DNA of 64,000 nucleotides from Eledone cirrhosa (taxonomy: Eukaryota). The notes beneath the pieces were generated by a model. The model searched no databases. It was not told where the DNA came from and was given only the letters and a program-made list of their open reading frames with translations. A program made the translations under genes and the position numbers. Of this stretch, positions 1 to 13,329 are shown in pieces (position 1 is the stretch's first letter; every line of letters begins with the position of its first letter). The DNA lies in the NCBI GenBank assembly GCA_964016885.1, contig OZ024751.1:27962001-28026000 (forward strand), read 5' to 3'.

Positions 1-4
1 TATG

Positions 5-149
5 CAGTGCGCCATCAATAAAACAGGAAAAAACCACCAGTGTATGGAAATTAATTAATTAATTTTAATTATCGTGTCTATATTCAGCTTTCATAGGTTA
101 TAGATTCCATACACTGGTGGTTTTCCCCTGTTTTATTGATGGCGCACTG
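5..149. mobile_element. Tc1/mariner-type MITE (~44 bp TIRs)
   Basis: CAGTGCGCCATCAATAAAACAGG...CAGTGTATGGAA (5-49) is the near-perfect reverse complement of 104-149. The termini are CAGTG...CACTG followed by TA. Confidence 0.75.
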
Positions 150-199
150 TATATCTCTCTAGTGTGTTACCTTTTCAACATATTGTATATATATATGTA

Positions 200-236
<37 letters not shown>

Positions 237-404
237 ATACATACATACATATAAATCCATACATACATACATACATACATACACGTATATATATATATAT
301 GAATATATATTTGTGTGTGTATGTATGTAATCTCACCACTGTCATCACGTTGTTGTGTGGTGTAGTTTTGTATCTTCTCTTAGTACAATGTCCTGCTGGT
401 GTTC

Positions 405-690
405 ACAACCATCACCATCACCACCACCACAACCATCACCATCATCATTATCATCACCACCATCACCACCACCACTCTCATCATCACCACCACCACCACC
501 ACCACCACCACCACCACCACCACCACCACCACCACCACCACCACCACCACCACCACCACTCTCATCACCACCACCACCACCACCACCACCACCACTACTC
601 TCATCATCATCATCATCACCATTATTACTATTATTGTTATTATTATTACTTATTATTGTTGCTGTTGTTGTTGTTGTTGCTACTACCTAT
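405..690. repeat. (CAC/CAT)n trinucleotide microsatellite
   Basis: Direct inspection; source of the poly-H/P/T ORFs. Confidence 0.95.
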
Positions 691-1166
691 TTACTCATGG
701 TAGGTGTTATATAGTATATGTACACCTATTAATCCACCCAGTGTAACCAAGTGTGGCCAAATAGAGTTAAGCATGGTTCCACCAAAATCCCACCATCCCT
801 CTATATATAATACAATGAATTCAATACTTTCTGGTGAACAACAAAAACAACATTGAAAACATCGTTAACATCCAATACTTCGTCATCTAAACTTAACTTA
901 CTGAATAAAAGATCGCAGGATGTTTGTCTTCCATTTTCTTTTATTTTTATTATCGATGTTTCGAGTATGAAAGGACGGATGAACTTCGTTGGGTTTAAAT
1001 ATGAGGTGAATTAATGGCAGCTTCTCTTGCTACCATGATAAAAAAAAACAACAAAACAACAAAAAAAGACGGTAAAATAACAAATAAATGAATAAATAAA
1101 AAAAAAAAAATATATATATCTTTAAGTCGTTTAACTCTCTTATATATATATATATAAATATATATG

Positions 1167-1246
<80 letters not shown>

Positions 1247-1359
1247 TATATATATGTATAAATATATATATATATATATGTATAAATACATAAATAAATA
1301 AACAAACCAGAAAAAAGAGCAACGAAAGTCAGAAAGGTGTAAAGAAGTGTTACAATGAC

Positions 1360-1650
1360 TTTGTCGACATGAAAGGTAAACGTAAAAACGATCCAGGTGG
1401 ATTTAAATCCACAAGGTAAAGATGAAACTAAATGATAAAACGGTGTTTTCTTCTACCCCCCCCCCCGGAAAAACCCCAACAAACACATAAAAAATAAACA
1501 AAATAAAATAGAAAGAAATTACACAGGCTTATAGAAGAAGTACACTGACTTGGTCTTTATTTTATCGACCTTCTAGAGATGAAAGGTAGAAGTAAATACA
1601 ATCCAGGTGGATTTAAATCCACAAAGTAAGAAATGATAAGTCAATGATAA
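1360..1650 (-). mobile_element. Two decayed tRNA-derived SINE fragments in tandem
   Basis: TTTATTTTATCGACC..GATGAAAGGT..GGTGGATTTAAATCC matches the SINE consensus seen elsewhere in the window. Confidence 0.55.
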
Positions 1651-2034
1651 AAGGTGTGTTTTTTTCTATTTGCGAAGGCAAAGAAGAAAAAAGTTAAAAG
1701 CAATCATAGAAGAGGAAGAGTAACTTCCCCGTATTTCATCTCCACCTTGATTCGTTCTATTTGCATTGTGTAGTACAAACATGGAGAACTTGTGGACTTC
1801 ATGCTACACGTGACCCTCGGAATGAAGTACAAATTTCAAAGATATGTTTGCATGGTTTGGACAGTGTCTCGCCACCTGTGGCCTTTTTGATATTGGAGTG
1901 TATGTTTGGTGATTCCATTTAATATAACATTTAGCTTTTATCTTAACTAATTAGGATGACTCAGAGAAATTCTCACTTATATTTCTAAATTTACATTTGT
2001 TATTATATTTAGTAAAATAACCGATTTTAGCGGG

Positions 2035-2142
<108 letters not shown>

Positions 2143-2234
2143 CAAGAGATGTCAACATGAATGGACCTGTTATTTTTATCTAAAGACATTTTTTTCCAAT
2201 TCCGTCCCCTCAATCTATCTTATTTCTCATTCTT

Positions 2235-2270
2235 TCTTCTGATGAAGGACTAGCGTCCGAAACGTTAAGA
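2235..2270 (+). ncRNA. Minimal type I hammerhead ribozyme
   Basis: TCTT-CTGATGA-A-GGAC-tagc-GTCC-GAAAC-GTT^AAGA. Stem I TCTT/AAGA, stem II GGAC/GTCC, palindromic AACGTT stem III. Confidence 0.8.
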
Positions 2271-2352
2271 CCCTCTTCCTGCTATATCAAGAGTTAACCT
2301 AATATATCCCTTCCATATACTGTACAGATTGTATTGTTATTTCTGTTTACCT

Positions 2353-2384
<32 letters not shown>

Positions 2385-2413
2385 CATACATACATACATA
2401 CATACATACAATA

Positions 2414-2460
<47 letters not shown>

Positions 2461-2465
<5 letters not shown>

Positions 2466-3306
2466 TATGTATACGTACATACATATATGTATACAGACGT
2501 ACAGTAGTATGTATATATACATACATGCACACATATATATATATGTACGTATGGATTTACCGAACATTTATTATAATGCTCGGAGTGTTTGTAAACAAAC
2601 ATCCCGAATTAAGCCGTACAGTGTTTAGCAACCATCGTTTCCCTTTTGTTCAACACTGATAAAGGAACGATGTACTAGTTTCAAGCTTATTAGCTATCGT
2701 CAGCACCGTATACCTTCCTGCCAGATGATTGAACGTCTGGAAGTATATATTTTCCTTATGCATATTAACGGCTGAACAGCCTAATTTGCATATCGAGTGA
2801 GTTAATCGGCCGGGGGCACCGAAAACGATAAACGGAAAAAATGAAACGAAATTTCATTTCTCACTCTTAGTACGGCTGTTACTTAAGTATAAGTATGTAT
2901 ACGTACATACATATATGTATACAGACGTACAGTAGTATGTATATATATATATACATACATGCACACATATATACATGTACGTATGGATTTACCGAACATT
3001 TATTATAATGCTCGGTGTGTTTGTCAACAAACATCCCGAATTAAGCCGTACAGTGTTTAGCAACCATCGTTTCCCTTTTGTTCAACGGCTTAATTCGGGA
3101 TGTTTGTTGACAAACACACCGAGCATTATAATAAATGTTCGGTAAATCTATACGTACATATATATATGTGTGCATGTATGTGTGTATATATATACATACT
3201 ACTGTACGTCTGTATACATATATGTATGCACGTATACATACTTATACTTAAGTAACAGCCGTACTAAGAGTGAGAAATGAAATTTCGTTTCATTTTTTCC
3301 GTTTAT
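2461..3306 (-). mobile_element. Non-autonomous hammerhead-bearing element (Penelope pLTR/retrozyme-like): ~428 bp unit, 1.5 copies plus inverted arm
   Basis: 2461-2654 is repeated at 2889-3086; 2828-3049 is inverted at 3085-3306; hammerhead at 2667-2709; flanked by (TA)n. Confidence 0.75.
2667..2709 (-). ncRNA. Type I hammerhead ribozyme (U-U mismatch at base of stem II)
   Basis: Minus strand: ACGGTG-CTGACGA-T-AGCT-aata-AGCT-T-GAAAC-TA-GTA^CATCGT. 6-bp stem I, ACTAGT palindromic stem III. Confidence 0.7.
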
Positions 3307-3335
3307 ATATATATATTTATATATATATATATATA

Positions 3336-3502
3336 CCGTATTTCCCGGCGTCGAAGTCGCAACTTTATTCCTAAAATAAGTCTCAAAAATCAACCATGCG
3401 TCCTGGAGGCCAAAGGTTGTTTATTATTGTTTTCAAATTTTTGGTTGTCAACATTCTGGTGCGTCCACGACGACGAAGCGTCTTCGGCGCCGGGAAATAC
3501 GG
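3336..3502. mobile_element. Tc1/mariner (pogo-like) MITE
   Basis: TIRs CCGTATTTCCCGGCG / CGCCGGGAAATACGG with TA on both sides. Confidence 0.8.
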
Positions 3503-3587
3503 TAGATATGTGTGTCTGTGTGTATATATTGGTTAGTTTCAATACTTAACTTATCCTGTTTAAACGACGTTGTTCTTCACATGTGCC

Positions 3588-3640
<53 letters not shown>

Positions 3641-3789
3641 CTTATGTTTACCGAATTCGCAGACCAGACCCCTTCTTCTTCCTCCCGTCAGACCTGTGCG
3701 AAATTCCTTCCTTGCTCACATTTCAACCAGGTCTGATGGTCTTTATTCTCTAGTTCACGATTTTATCGAGTTTATATTCATAGAAATCT

Positions 3790-3973
3790 GGGACTTGTCT
3801 CTTTCTTCTCACTTTCTGTTGCTTAAACCATTTTGTTTGTTCACCATAACGTTCTCTTTATTTACGTGTCCCAACGACTTTTTTTAGCCGTTGTTCGCAC
3901 CAACCTGAGGTATATGGCCCTTAAAGCGATGAAATGCCTAGGACGGTTGGAGGGTCACTGATGAAGGACTCAC

Positions 3974-3976
<3 letters not shown>
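3790..3976 (+). repeat. Dispersed repeat (homolog at ~39050-39290 minus) with partial hammerhead core motifs
   Basis: Shared CCAAC.TGAGGTATATG..GCGATGAAAT..TCACTGATGA.GGACTCA in both copies. Confidence 0.6.
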
Positions 3977-4060
<84 letters not shown>

Positions 4061-4368
4061 CTTTATATGTATGTGTCTATATGCATTTGCATCTGTGTGT
4101 ACGTGTGTTCTTGTGTATATTTGTTTGTATCAATAACAATATTTTATCAACGACGCCGTTGTTCACATCCCACATTCTCCTTCTTCCTCATCGTCATCAT
4201 CATCATCATCTTTCTCCCCCCCCCCCCCATCTCCCAACTCCTCATTTTTCTCACCTTACATACCATTTTTTACAAGGTTTAGAGGCTTTCGAAACAATAT
4301 GTTTACTCCACCAAACTGCTTCCTTCATATTACAACTACACACACACACACATATATATATATATAAC

Positions 4369-4402
<34 letters not shown>

Positions 4403-4573
4403 ATATGTATATACATGCAAATATATATATATATATATATATTACATACATATTATATATATATACATATGTATATACATGTATATACATGCATATATAT
4501 ATATATATATAAATATATATATATATAGATACAGACACACACACACATATATATATATAATATATATATATAT

Positions 4574-4679
<106 letters not shown>

Positions 4680-4692
4680 TATAAATAAATAG

Positions 4693-4725
<33 letters not shown>

Positions 4726-4753
4726 CACAGATACACACGACACACACACATAT

Positions 4754-4788
<35 letters not shown>

Positions 4789-5030
4789 GGTTATTTTGTG
4801 TCGTTGGAGGGCGTTTTTGATTGGTTCATTAGCAGTTGGAGTGACACCACTTGCATACTCCTCACAGACTGCATTGTAATCAAGGATAACATCTTTCAGC
4901 ATCACTGGTTCTCTGGAAACATAATTACCAGCTTTTCTTTGCAGGAAAGCAACCAAAATTCTTGCCAAGTGGACCTACAACACGTTGGGCTTTCTCTCTC
5001 TATCTCTCCTTCTCGTTCGCTTTTCTAGCT

Positions 5031-5125
<95 letters not shown>

Positions 5126-5169
5126 GCTAGCTAGCTAGCTAGCTATCTATCAATCTATTTTTATCATTC

Positions 5170-5912
5170 ATAGTTATAAAAACAATTCCTTATAAATTTT
5201 CTGAAAATTAAATTTTCGACCGCGGGGGGCGAAAATACAAAGGGCTAAACTATATGGAAGCATTTCGGTGCTCTTCAAAAGTGAGGCCCTTGCGAAAAAA
5301 TACTCAGTGACCCCGGTCACCTCTGCCATACACACCTTTTTTCCTACATGCATGGGAAAAAGGACACAAAAAATAAACATTTCCAATATACCTTTCAACA
5401 TTAACAACTGGTGGATTCTGGCAGGGTTCTTGGGAGAGGATGGAGACACAATACTGTCGATTCAAAAATCCACAAGAAACACCTGGAATGGCACAAACTT
5501 GGAAAATTTGGTCCAAATGAAGCCGGACAGAATTTCCAAGATACCAGAAAGTGTGCCAGTAGACAATACAAACTATATACAGATTTCGGCAGAAGGAGGG
5601 AGACCACATTGTTTTAAATGCGCAAGCACATCGCATTTAAAGGCCTCCTGTCCCCTCTTATGACCCCCCCCCCCCCCCACAAAGAAAAGTACTTTTACCA
5701 ACACCAACACCAAAGCCACAACAACAACACACAAAACAAGCAAACACACAAAAACAAACACAACTGCTCAACCACAAACAACACACCCTATTGGGGATTT
5801 CGATTGTTATATTTGTTTGTTTCATATTTTTACACGATTGTATGTAAAATCCCCGGCATGTGTCCTTGTTTTGTCCCCTTTTCTTGTGCGCCCTTGTGGC
5901 AAATAAAGAAAT
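5170..5912 (+). mobile_element. Non-LTR retroelement derivative (L1/Tx1-like ORF1 with CCHC zinc knuckle, ORF2 absent)
   Basis: ORF 5268-5663 ends RPHCFKCASTSHLKASCP (CX2CX4HX4C). 3' end GCCCTTGTGGCAAATAAAG runs into (TATC)n. Paralog at 7700-9078. Confidence 0.65.
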
Positions 5913-5913
5913 A

Positions 5914-5976
<63 letters not shown>

Positions 5977-6137
5977 TCGGTAAACCCATACGTACATATA
6001 TATATGTGTGCATATATGTATATATATATACATACTACTGTACGTCTGTATACATATATGTATGTACGTATACATACTTATATTTAAGTATCAGCCGTAC
6101 TAAAAGTGAGAAATGAAATTTCGTTTCATTCTTTTCC

Positions 6138-6142
<5 letters not shown>
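5977..6142 (+). repeat. Fragment of the 2461-3306 element family
   Basis: Near-identical to 3138-3304; another short piece lies at 38969-39020. Confidence 0.8.
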
Positions 6143-6203
<61 letters not shown>

Positions 6204-6321
6204 CTGAACAAAAAGGAAAAACGAACACAGACATATATATATGTGTTCAAATCGTAATGGACCAAAATCGCTAAGGTGAAAAAAATACTAACTACAGAGT
6301 TTCTAACTCAATACATGCTTT

Positions 6322-6380
<59 letters not shown>

Positions 6381-6415
6381 TGTGAGAAAAACCACAGACC
6401 CTCCATCTCAACTCA

Positions 6416-6453
6416 CCTTTTGAAAAGCAGAAGAACTGCGAAACCGGTAAAGG
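6416..6453 (+). ncRNA. Type I hammerhead ribozyme, U3-A8 core variant
   Basis: CCTT-TTGAAAA-GCAG-aagaa-CTGC-GAAAC-CG-GTA^AAGG. All three stems are intact. Confidence 0.75.
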
Positions 6454-6522
6454 AACCAAATAAATATATATATTTTAAAAAAAAATAAGACTTCGGTTGC
6501 ATTTTCGATTTCATCCCTTTTT

Positions 6523-6618
<96 letters not shown>

Positions 6619-7644
6619 ATATATGACGGGTTGATTGGTTGAGGATGCTGGTTGGCCGAAATGACCGAAATGATAAATTACTTCTCATGTTTCCTAGTTT
6701 TTGTTGTTGTTGCTGCAGTTTATGTTGTAGTTCATGTTGTTGTTGATTGGTCGTTGGTAGACGTAAAGGAAGTCGGTCTGTTAGGAAGAAAGGGGGAAGA
6801 GGCAGAGGAGACAAAGATGAAGGTGGTGGTGGTGTTGGTGTTGGTGGTGGTGGTGGTGTTGGTGTTGGTGGTGGTGTTGGTGTTGGTGGAGTTGGTGTAG
6901 GTAGTATTTGTGATGGTGGTGGTGGTGTTGTGGTGTTGTGGTGTGGTGATGGTGCGGTGGTGGTGGCGGTGCTGTGGTGGTGGTGTGGTGGTGGTGTAGG
7001 TGGTAGTTGCGGTGGTGGTGGCGGTGTTTGATATAAATATGACAGCAGCACACACTTCATAAAGCTCTGCTATTAACAAGCCTCGCCATACAGTTGATAA
7101 CAGTTATTCTGTTTTGTTAGCTTGTGATGCATGGTGTGAGAAGAAGGGGGTGGGTGGAGAGTGGGATTTGGAGGACAGGAGAAGGGTGGGGTGGAGGTAA
7201 ATGGGTGAGGGCAGGTGGGATGTGGAGGGTAGGTGAAGGGGTGAGGTGGGGTGAAGGGTTCAGATGGGGGGTGAAGGGTAGGAGAAGTGTGGTGGGGTGA
7301 AGGGCAGGAGAAGGAGTGAAGTGGGGGTGAAAGGGTGAGGTGGGGGTGATGGGAAGGAGAAGGGGTGGATGTGATGTGTGATGGGCAGAAGAAAGGGTGG
7401 ATGTGGGGGAAGGTGGAGGACAGGAGAAAGGTGGTGGATCCTGGTGAGGAGGAAGGATAAGAGAAGGGGTGGATATATATAAAATTCTTTCACGGGTGCT
7501 GAGGTAGCTGTGACATGACCACAGCTTAATATAGACTTATAGATAAGTTTGACCACCTATGTGTTTATTATACATAAATATATTGTAGATTGGGCTATAT
7601 GAACTTTTGTTTTGAATCACGTTGTTTTGGTACAACCACCAAAT

Positions 7645-7698
<54 letters not shown>

Positions 7699-7699
7699 C

Positions 7700-9078
7700 G
7701 GATAGTGTTGACGTGTGCCACTTCGCTGGTAATTTTTTGGTTACTTTTGTATCCAAAAAACAGAAACTTTTTGTTAAAAAATATATTGTTTCGTAGATTA
7801 ACCCCCAGGCTGAATTGTCAGCTGAGCGGTAATCTCATTTTCCGCCCCACAGGGGCGGAAATTTTATTTGAAAACTTTTCAAAAAATTTAATATTTTTGC
7901 TATCGATAATGGCTAGCTTAGTAGAAGGAACGCTAGCAAACGCTGACGAAGAAAGTAGAGAGAGAAAGGCAGAGAGTAACGTTGCCGCAACTTCTGCCTA
8001 CATAGGCGTCACTATGGAGACAAATAGTGACAACAAAGTTTTATTTTGTCAAGAAGCCGAAAAATGCAACTTACAAGATAGACCACACAGCTTACAACAG
8101 ACATAAAAACACACAAAAAATGAAACAATTGACACAATTACAAACGGAAAAACCGACAACCACAACAACAACACAAAAAAAATAACTTTTACAGAAACAG
8201 TCACAAATAATAATAACGTTACCTCAAACTCTGCATGTATTGACGTCACTATGGAAGCCAATATGGACAACAATAATAAAAACAAGATTGAACCACACAG
8301 TGTACAACAGTCACCAAAAACAACAGAAAATAAAACGATTGACACAACTACAAATGGAAAAACCGACAACCACAACAACAACAATAACAACAGCACAAAA
8401 AAAAACTCCAATGCGAGACAGATGCTCTCTGAAGCATAGGAAACGGTGGGTTTCAAATAAATTCACCCCCAGAAACATTGAAACGTCTTGAAACATTTCG
8501 AAGGACAGTCACTTTCAGAACTGTTTCAAATTAAACAAAACGACCAGCATTCCTCAATCAAGGGGAAATTGAGGCAACCTTGAAGGAGATATTGCCAAAC
8601 ATTGACTTTATGCAGAGGGCCAAACAGTATGGGAGTATTTCAGTGCTCCTCAAAAGCGAGGCCCTCGCACAAAAATATTCAGTGACACAAATACTGTCAA
8701 AAAAATACACCTTACATACCTGGGAAAAGGGACCCACAAAATCAGAATTTCAAACAAACCACCAAATATTTATATTTGGTGGATATTGGCAGGATTTTTA
8801 GAGGAGGGAAAAGACACCATTCTTTCTATCAAAAGGTCAACCAGACACGTGGTCTGGTACAAATTTGGAGATTCTGGTGCAAATGAGCCCGGAGAGAATC
8901 TCCAAAATACCCGCCGAAAAAGTGCTGGTGGACAACAACAGCCGCATAAGCATTTCGGTTGAAGGAAGAAAACCACACTGCTTTCTATTAACAGCACAGC
9001 ACATCTAAAGGCCTCCTGCCCTTTACAGACCCCCCCCCCCAAAAAAAAATACTGTTACAAACACCAACACTAAAACAA
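7700..9078 (+). pseudogene. Longer, frameshifted copy of the gag/ORF1-like retroelement
   Basis: ORF pieces (MQRAKQYGSISVLLKSEALAQKYSVT...) match 5268-5663. Internal duplication at ~8075-8180/8290-8400. Flanked by (TATC)n on both sides. Confidence 0.65.
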
Positions 9079-9187
9079 CTATCTATCTATCTATCTATAT
9101 ATCTATCTATCTATCTATCTATCTAAGTATTTATCTCTCTATATGTCTCGCTATCCGTCTATCTAACTACATAACATACCTATCTTG

Positions 9188-9260
<73 letters not shown>

Positions 9261-10001
9261 ACGCTCAAACACACAATCATACACTTACACACACAGATCG
9301 CATGTTCGCATACACTCCTACACACACATATATACAAACACATACACCACGCTCAAACACACACACCTATACATACAAACACACATGCACATACAGAACA
9401 CATATACTCACATGCACACACACATAAAAACACACACACACATGCACATACAGAACACAGGTACTGACACACACACATAAACAACACACACATACAGGAT
9501 ACAGGTACACATCTACACACACACAGAGGTAGACTCACATACACACACATACAAACATACCCTTACGCATACACATACAGAACATAGGTACTCGCACACA
9601 CTCATACAAACACATACATATAAAGAACTGAGTGACACACGCACACGTACGATATACACACTCATACATATATAGTAAGCCAGAGACGTAGACTTAGACA
9701 TGCACGCATGTATACAGACGCGCGTGCGGGCGCCGGACGCTTCCGGCAGGAGAGATGCTTTGATGCAAATTTCCTTTTTAGTTTCGTCCAGTGCCGCCAG
9801 GTGTCAGGCTCAAACGGAACTTGGTCTACAAGATTCTTTTCCTTGTGAGAAAGGGATCTAGCGACATGAAGAAAGCGTGACTGGTGAAATAGCTCTGCTA
9901 TGTTGTAGAACTATGAAGGTTTCACCAGAGCAGAGAGACGGAGATAGATAGATAAGTATATATATATATAGAGAGAGAGAGAGAGAAAGATAGATAGATA
10001 A

Positions 10002-10070
<69 letters not shown>

Positions 10071-10148
10071 AAGATAGATAGATAAGTATATACATACACA
10101 TATATATATATATATAGAGAGAGAGAGATAGATAGATAGATAGATAAG

Positions 10149-10260
<112 letters not shown>

Positions 10261-10263
10261 TAT

Positions 10264-10302
<39 letters not shown>

Positions 10303-10469
10303 TAGATAGATAGAGAGATAGAAAGATAGCGAGCGAAAGAGAGAGAGAGTGAGAAAAAAATAGTTGAGCAGCTGTGCTATGCTGTGGAAATCGGAAGATT
10401 TCATAAGGAGAGAGAGAGAGAGGGGGAGAGGGGAGAAAAAGGGAGAATGATAGATAGAGATGTAAAGAG

Positions 10470-10500
<31 letters not shown>

Positions 10501-10736
10501 CGGAGAGAGAGAGAGAAAAAGCAACATCATCATCAACACCATCTTTACCATCATCAGTAGCAGCAACAACAGCACCAACTGCAGCAACAGCAGCAACAGC
10601 ACCAACTGCAGCAACAACAGCAACAGCAGCAACAACAATAGCATTTTAAAGCGTTCCTCAATTGGTGTCTTTAATTCATCACGGATTAGCTCTTACACAG
10701 ATCAAATAAACTGGAGTTTCTTTCTCTTTGAACTGG

Positions 10737-10890
<154 letters not shown>

Positions 10891-10925
10891 CATGGTTACA
10901 TAAACATGTATATGTTTATATATAC

Positions 10926-11046
<121 letters not shown>

Positions 11047-11072
11047 CATGCTTACATAAACATGTATATGTT

Positions 11073-11105
<33 letters not shown>

Positions 11106-11615
11106 CTTACAATTATATGTTTATATATATACATATCTATATATATATATATATATGTATTTGTATTATATATACACTTATCTCTATCTCTCTCACTAAC
11201 ACACACACACACACACACACATATATGTATATGTGTATATATATATATGCGTATGTATGTGCATATCGTTTTCTGTTGAAACAACCATGCGACAATGTTG
11301 TTAAAATGTCGCCAATATTGCCTAATCTGTGTATGCGTGTGTAGAAATGTCTCTGTGTGAGCATGTGTGTGTGTATGTCAGTATATGTGTATCTCAGTGT
11401 GTGTGAGTGAGCATGTATCGTATTTGTTGTTCCATATGATGATGGTGGTGGTGGTGAAGGTCGAAGGAAAATGGTGGACGGCAAAAGGTACACTTCCGAT
11501 TGAAAAATGTAATCACCTACATACGCATATGTCCTCCCTCTTTCCACTATATATATATAAATCTTTGAGGAAAAGCACGTGTATTCAGTTATATCTATGA
11601 ATGTATGAATGTATG

Positions 11616-11700
<85 letters not shown>

Positions 11701-11704
<4 letters not shown>

Positions 11705-12056
11705 TAGAATTGGTGCTCTGAAATAGCGATATATATATATATAGGAATGTATATATAGTGTATTTTGCAATAGACTGTATGCTTAATTAAAAGCATTTTG
11801 AAGACCATACGCTATTGTTTTAAAGTAGCGACATGGTCGCTTACTTAAATTTTCGGCAGACGGGGAGATAAGTTGACAGCTCTGTTTCGTACTTTTTGGT
11901 ACTTATCAAAACTCACTACTCTCCCCGTCTGCCGAAAATTATGTGTGTTGGATTCTTATAGAATTCCAGTAACAATCAGGAACTGATTTTACAGAGCGGT
12001 CGCCAGCCCAGCAGAAATTGAAAATTAGAATTGTTGCTCTGAAATAGCGATATATA
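11701..12056 (-). mobile_element. Hammerhead-bearing unit (~321 bp period, terminal 35 bp direct repeat)
   Basis: AAATTAGAATTG.TGCTCTGAAATAGCGATATATA at 11701 and 12022. Partial homolog at 34570-34680. Confidence 0.65.
11848..11940 (-). ncRNA. Type I hammerhead ribozyme, U3-A8 variant, with ~27 bp extended stem I
   Basis: Minus: AATTTTCGGCAGACGGGGAG-agta-GTGAGTT-TTGATAA-GTAC-caaaaa-GTAC-GAAAC-AGAGCT-GTC^AACTTAT-CTCCCCGTCTGCCGAAAATT. Confidence 0.8.
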
Positions 12057-12057
12057 C

Positions 12058-12130
12058 AGGGTCGATAAAATAAAGTACCAGTAATGCACTGGGTAATTAC
12101 TGGCCTTGAGCCAAAACGTAGAAACAATTA
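12058..12130 (+). mobile_element. SINE 3' fragment
   Basis: GGGTCGATAAAATAAAGTACCAGTAATGCACTGGG...GGCCTTG matches the family consensus. Confidence 0.7.
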
Positions 12131-12399
12131 TTTTGTTAGACATAAAAAAAAACTGTTGCTTATTTTCTAAGTCTAAAGTCTGTCTCGAACCCGGGCCTGT
12201 GTTTATCTCGTTCTCCGTGATGTGAAGCGACTGAAAGATCAAGATTTCCCCTCTGAATAGGGCGCTAGTCACTCAGAGAGTTAAACTCCCAGGTATTGAT
12301 CGTACACATTTTCAGCTGAGCATACTAGAGCATACTGACTTAAGATAATATTACATTCTTGGAGCGAGAGAAGGAGGCGCCACTGTTGTTGTTATTGTC

Positions 12400-12640
12400 G
12401 CTATTGGACCTCCGTCTGCTCAAACGACGGGTGTTCTAATTTAAAAAAAAAACGGAACTGATTCGAACCTGCTCATCAAATTAATACGTAAGTGGCTGAC
12501 CCTTCTACAGACACGCAGACCTGGAATGTATTTCTCAGGAAGATTCAGCGCGACACAATATATGACAAGGCTGGTCACTTGTATTACAGGTTCAACTCAT
12601 TTTTGCTAGCCGAATGGAGTGGAGCAACTGTAAATAAATT
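12400..12640 (+). mobile_element. Second SINE-like dispersed repeat (homolog 49370-49520)
   Basis: Shared CCTGCT..AA.TTAA..AAGTGGCTGA..CTCAGG.AGATTC.GCG..ACACA motif order. Confidence 0.55.
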
Positions 12641-12934
12641 GTCTTATTTAATTGTTACCACGGCCACAGTCCATAAGGTTTTGGCACGCGAGGGGGACCC
12701 AGGATTGAAACTGGATCGAAGAATCACAACATCAATAGATTATTTATCTATTTATTATACGACAATTGTAAATATGCTACAAATTCTTTACTTTCAAAAG
12801 ACACCAGAATGTCTACCATTTCAATAAACATAATAAATTCCATAATTATCCCTTGCTCTCTTTCACCCCCGTCTCTCTCCCCCGTCTCTCTCTCCTCCAA
12901 TTACTCGCCCACTCATTTATCCATTCACTGATTC

Positions 12935-13003
<69 letters not shown>

Positions 13004-13061
13004 CATCTATAAATCGCTCCGCCCCCCCTCTCTCTCTCTCTATATATATATATATATCTCG

Positions 13062-13098
<37 letters not shown>

Positions 13099-13102
13099 TC
13101 TC

Positions 13103-13166
<64 letters not shown>

Positions 13167-13329
13167 GTTATTTGTCTCTCAACCCCTCTTTTCCCCGTGC
13201 TCTCGTCTTTGATCGCCCCAAGAAAACCAAGACATAACTGCAGAAGAATAAGAAATAAAAATATTGTTGAAATCGAACTAATAAGAAGACAATGAGATAT
13301 ATAGCAACAGGTCTTATAAAAATTATAAC

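Noticed and set aside
4265-4310. GGCTTTCGAAACAATATGTT possible old hammerhead
   Set aside because: Too degenerate to distinguish from chance.
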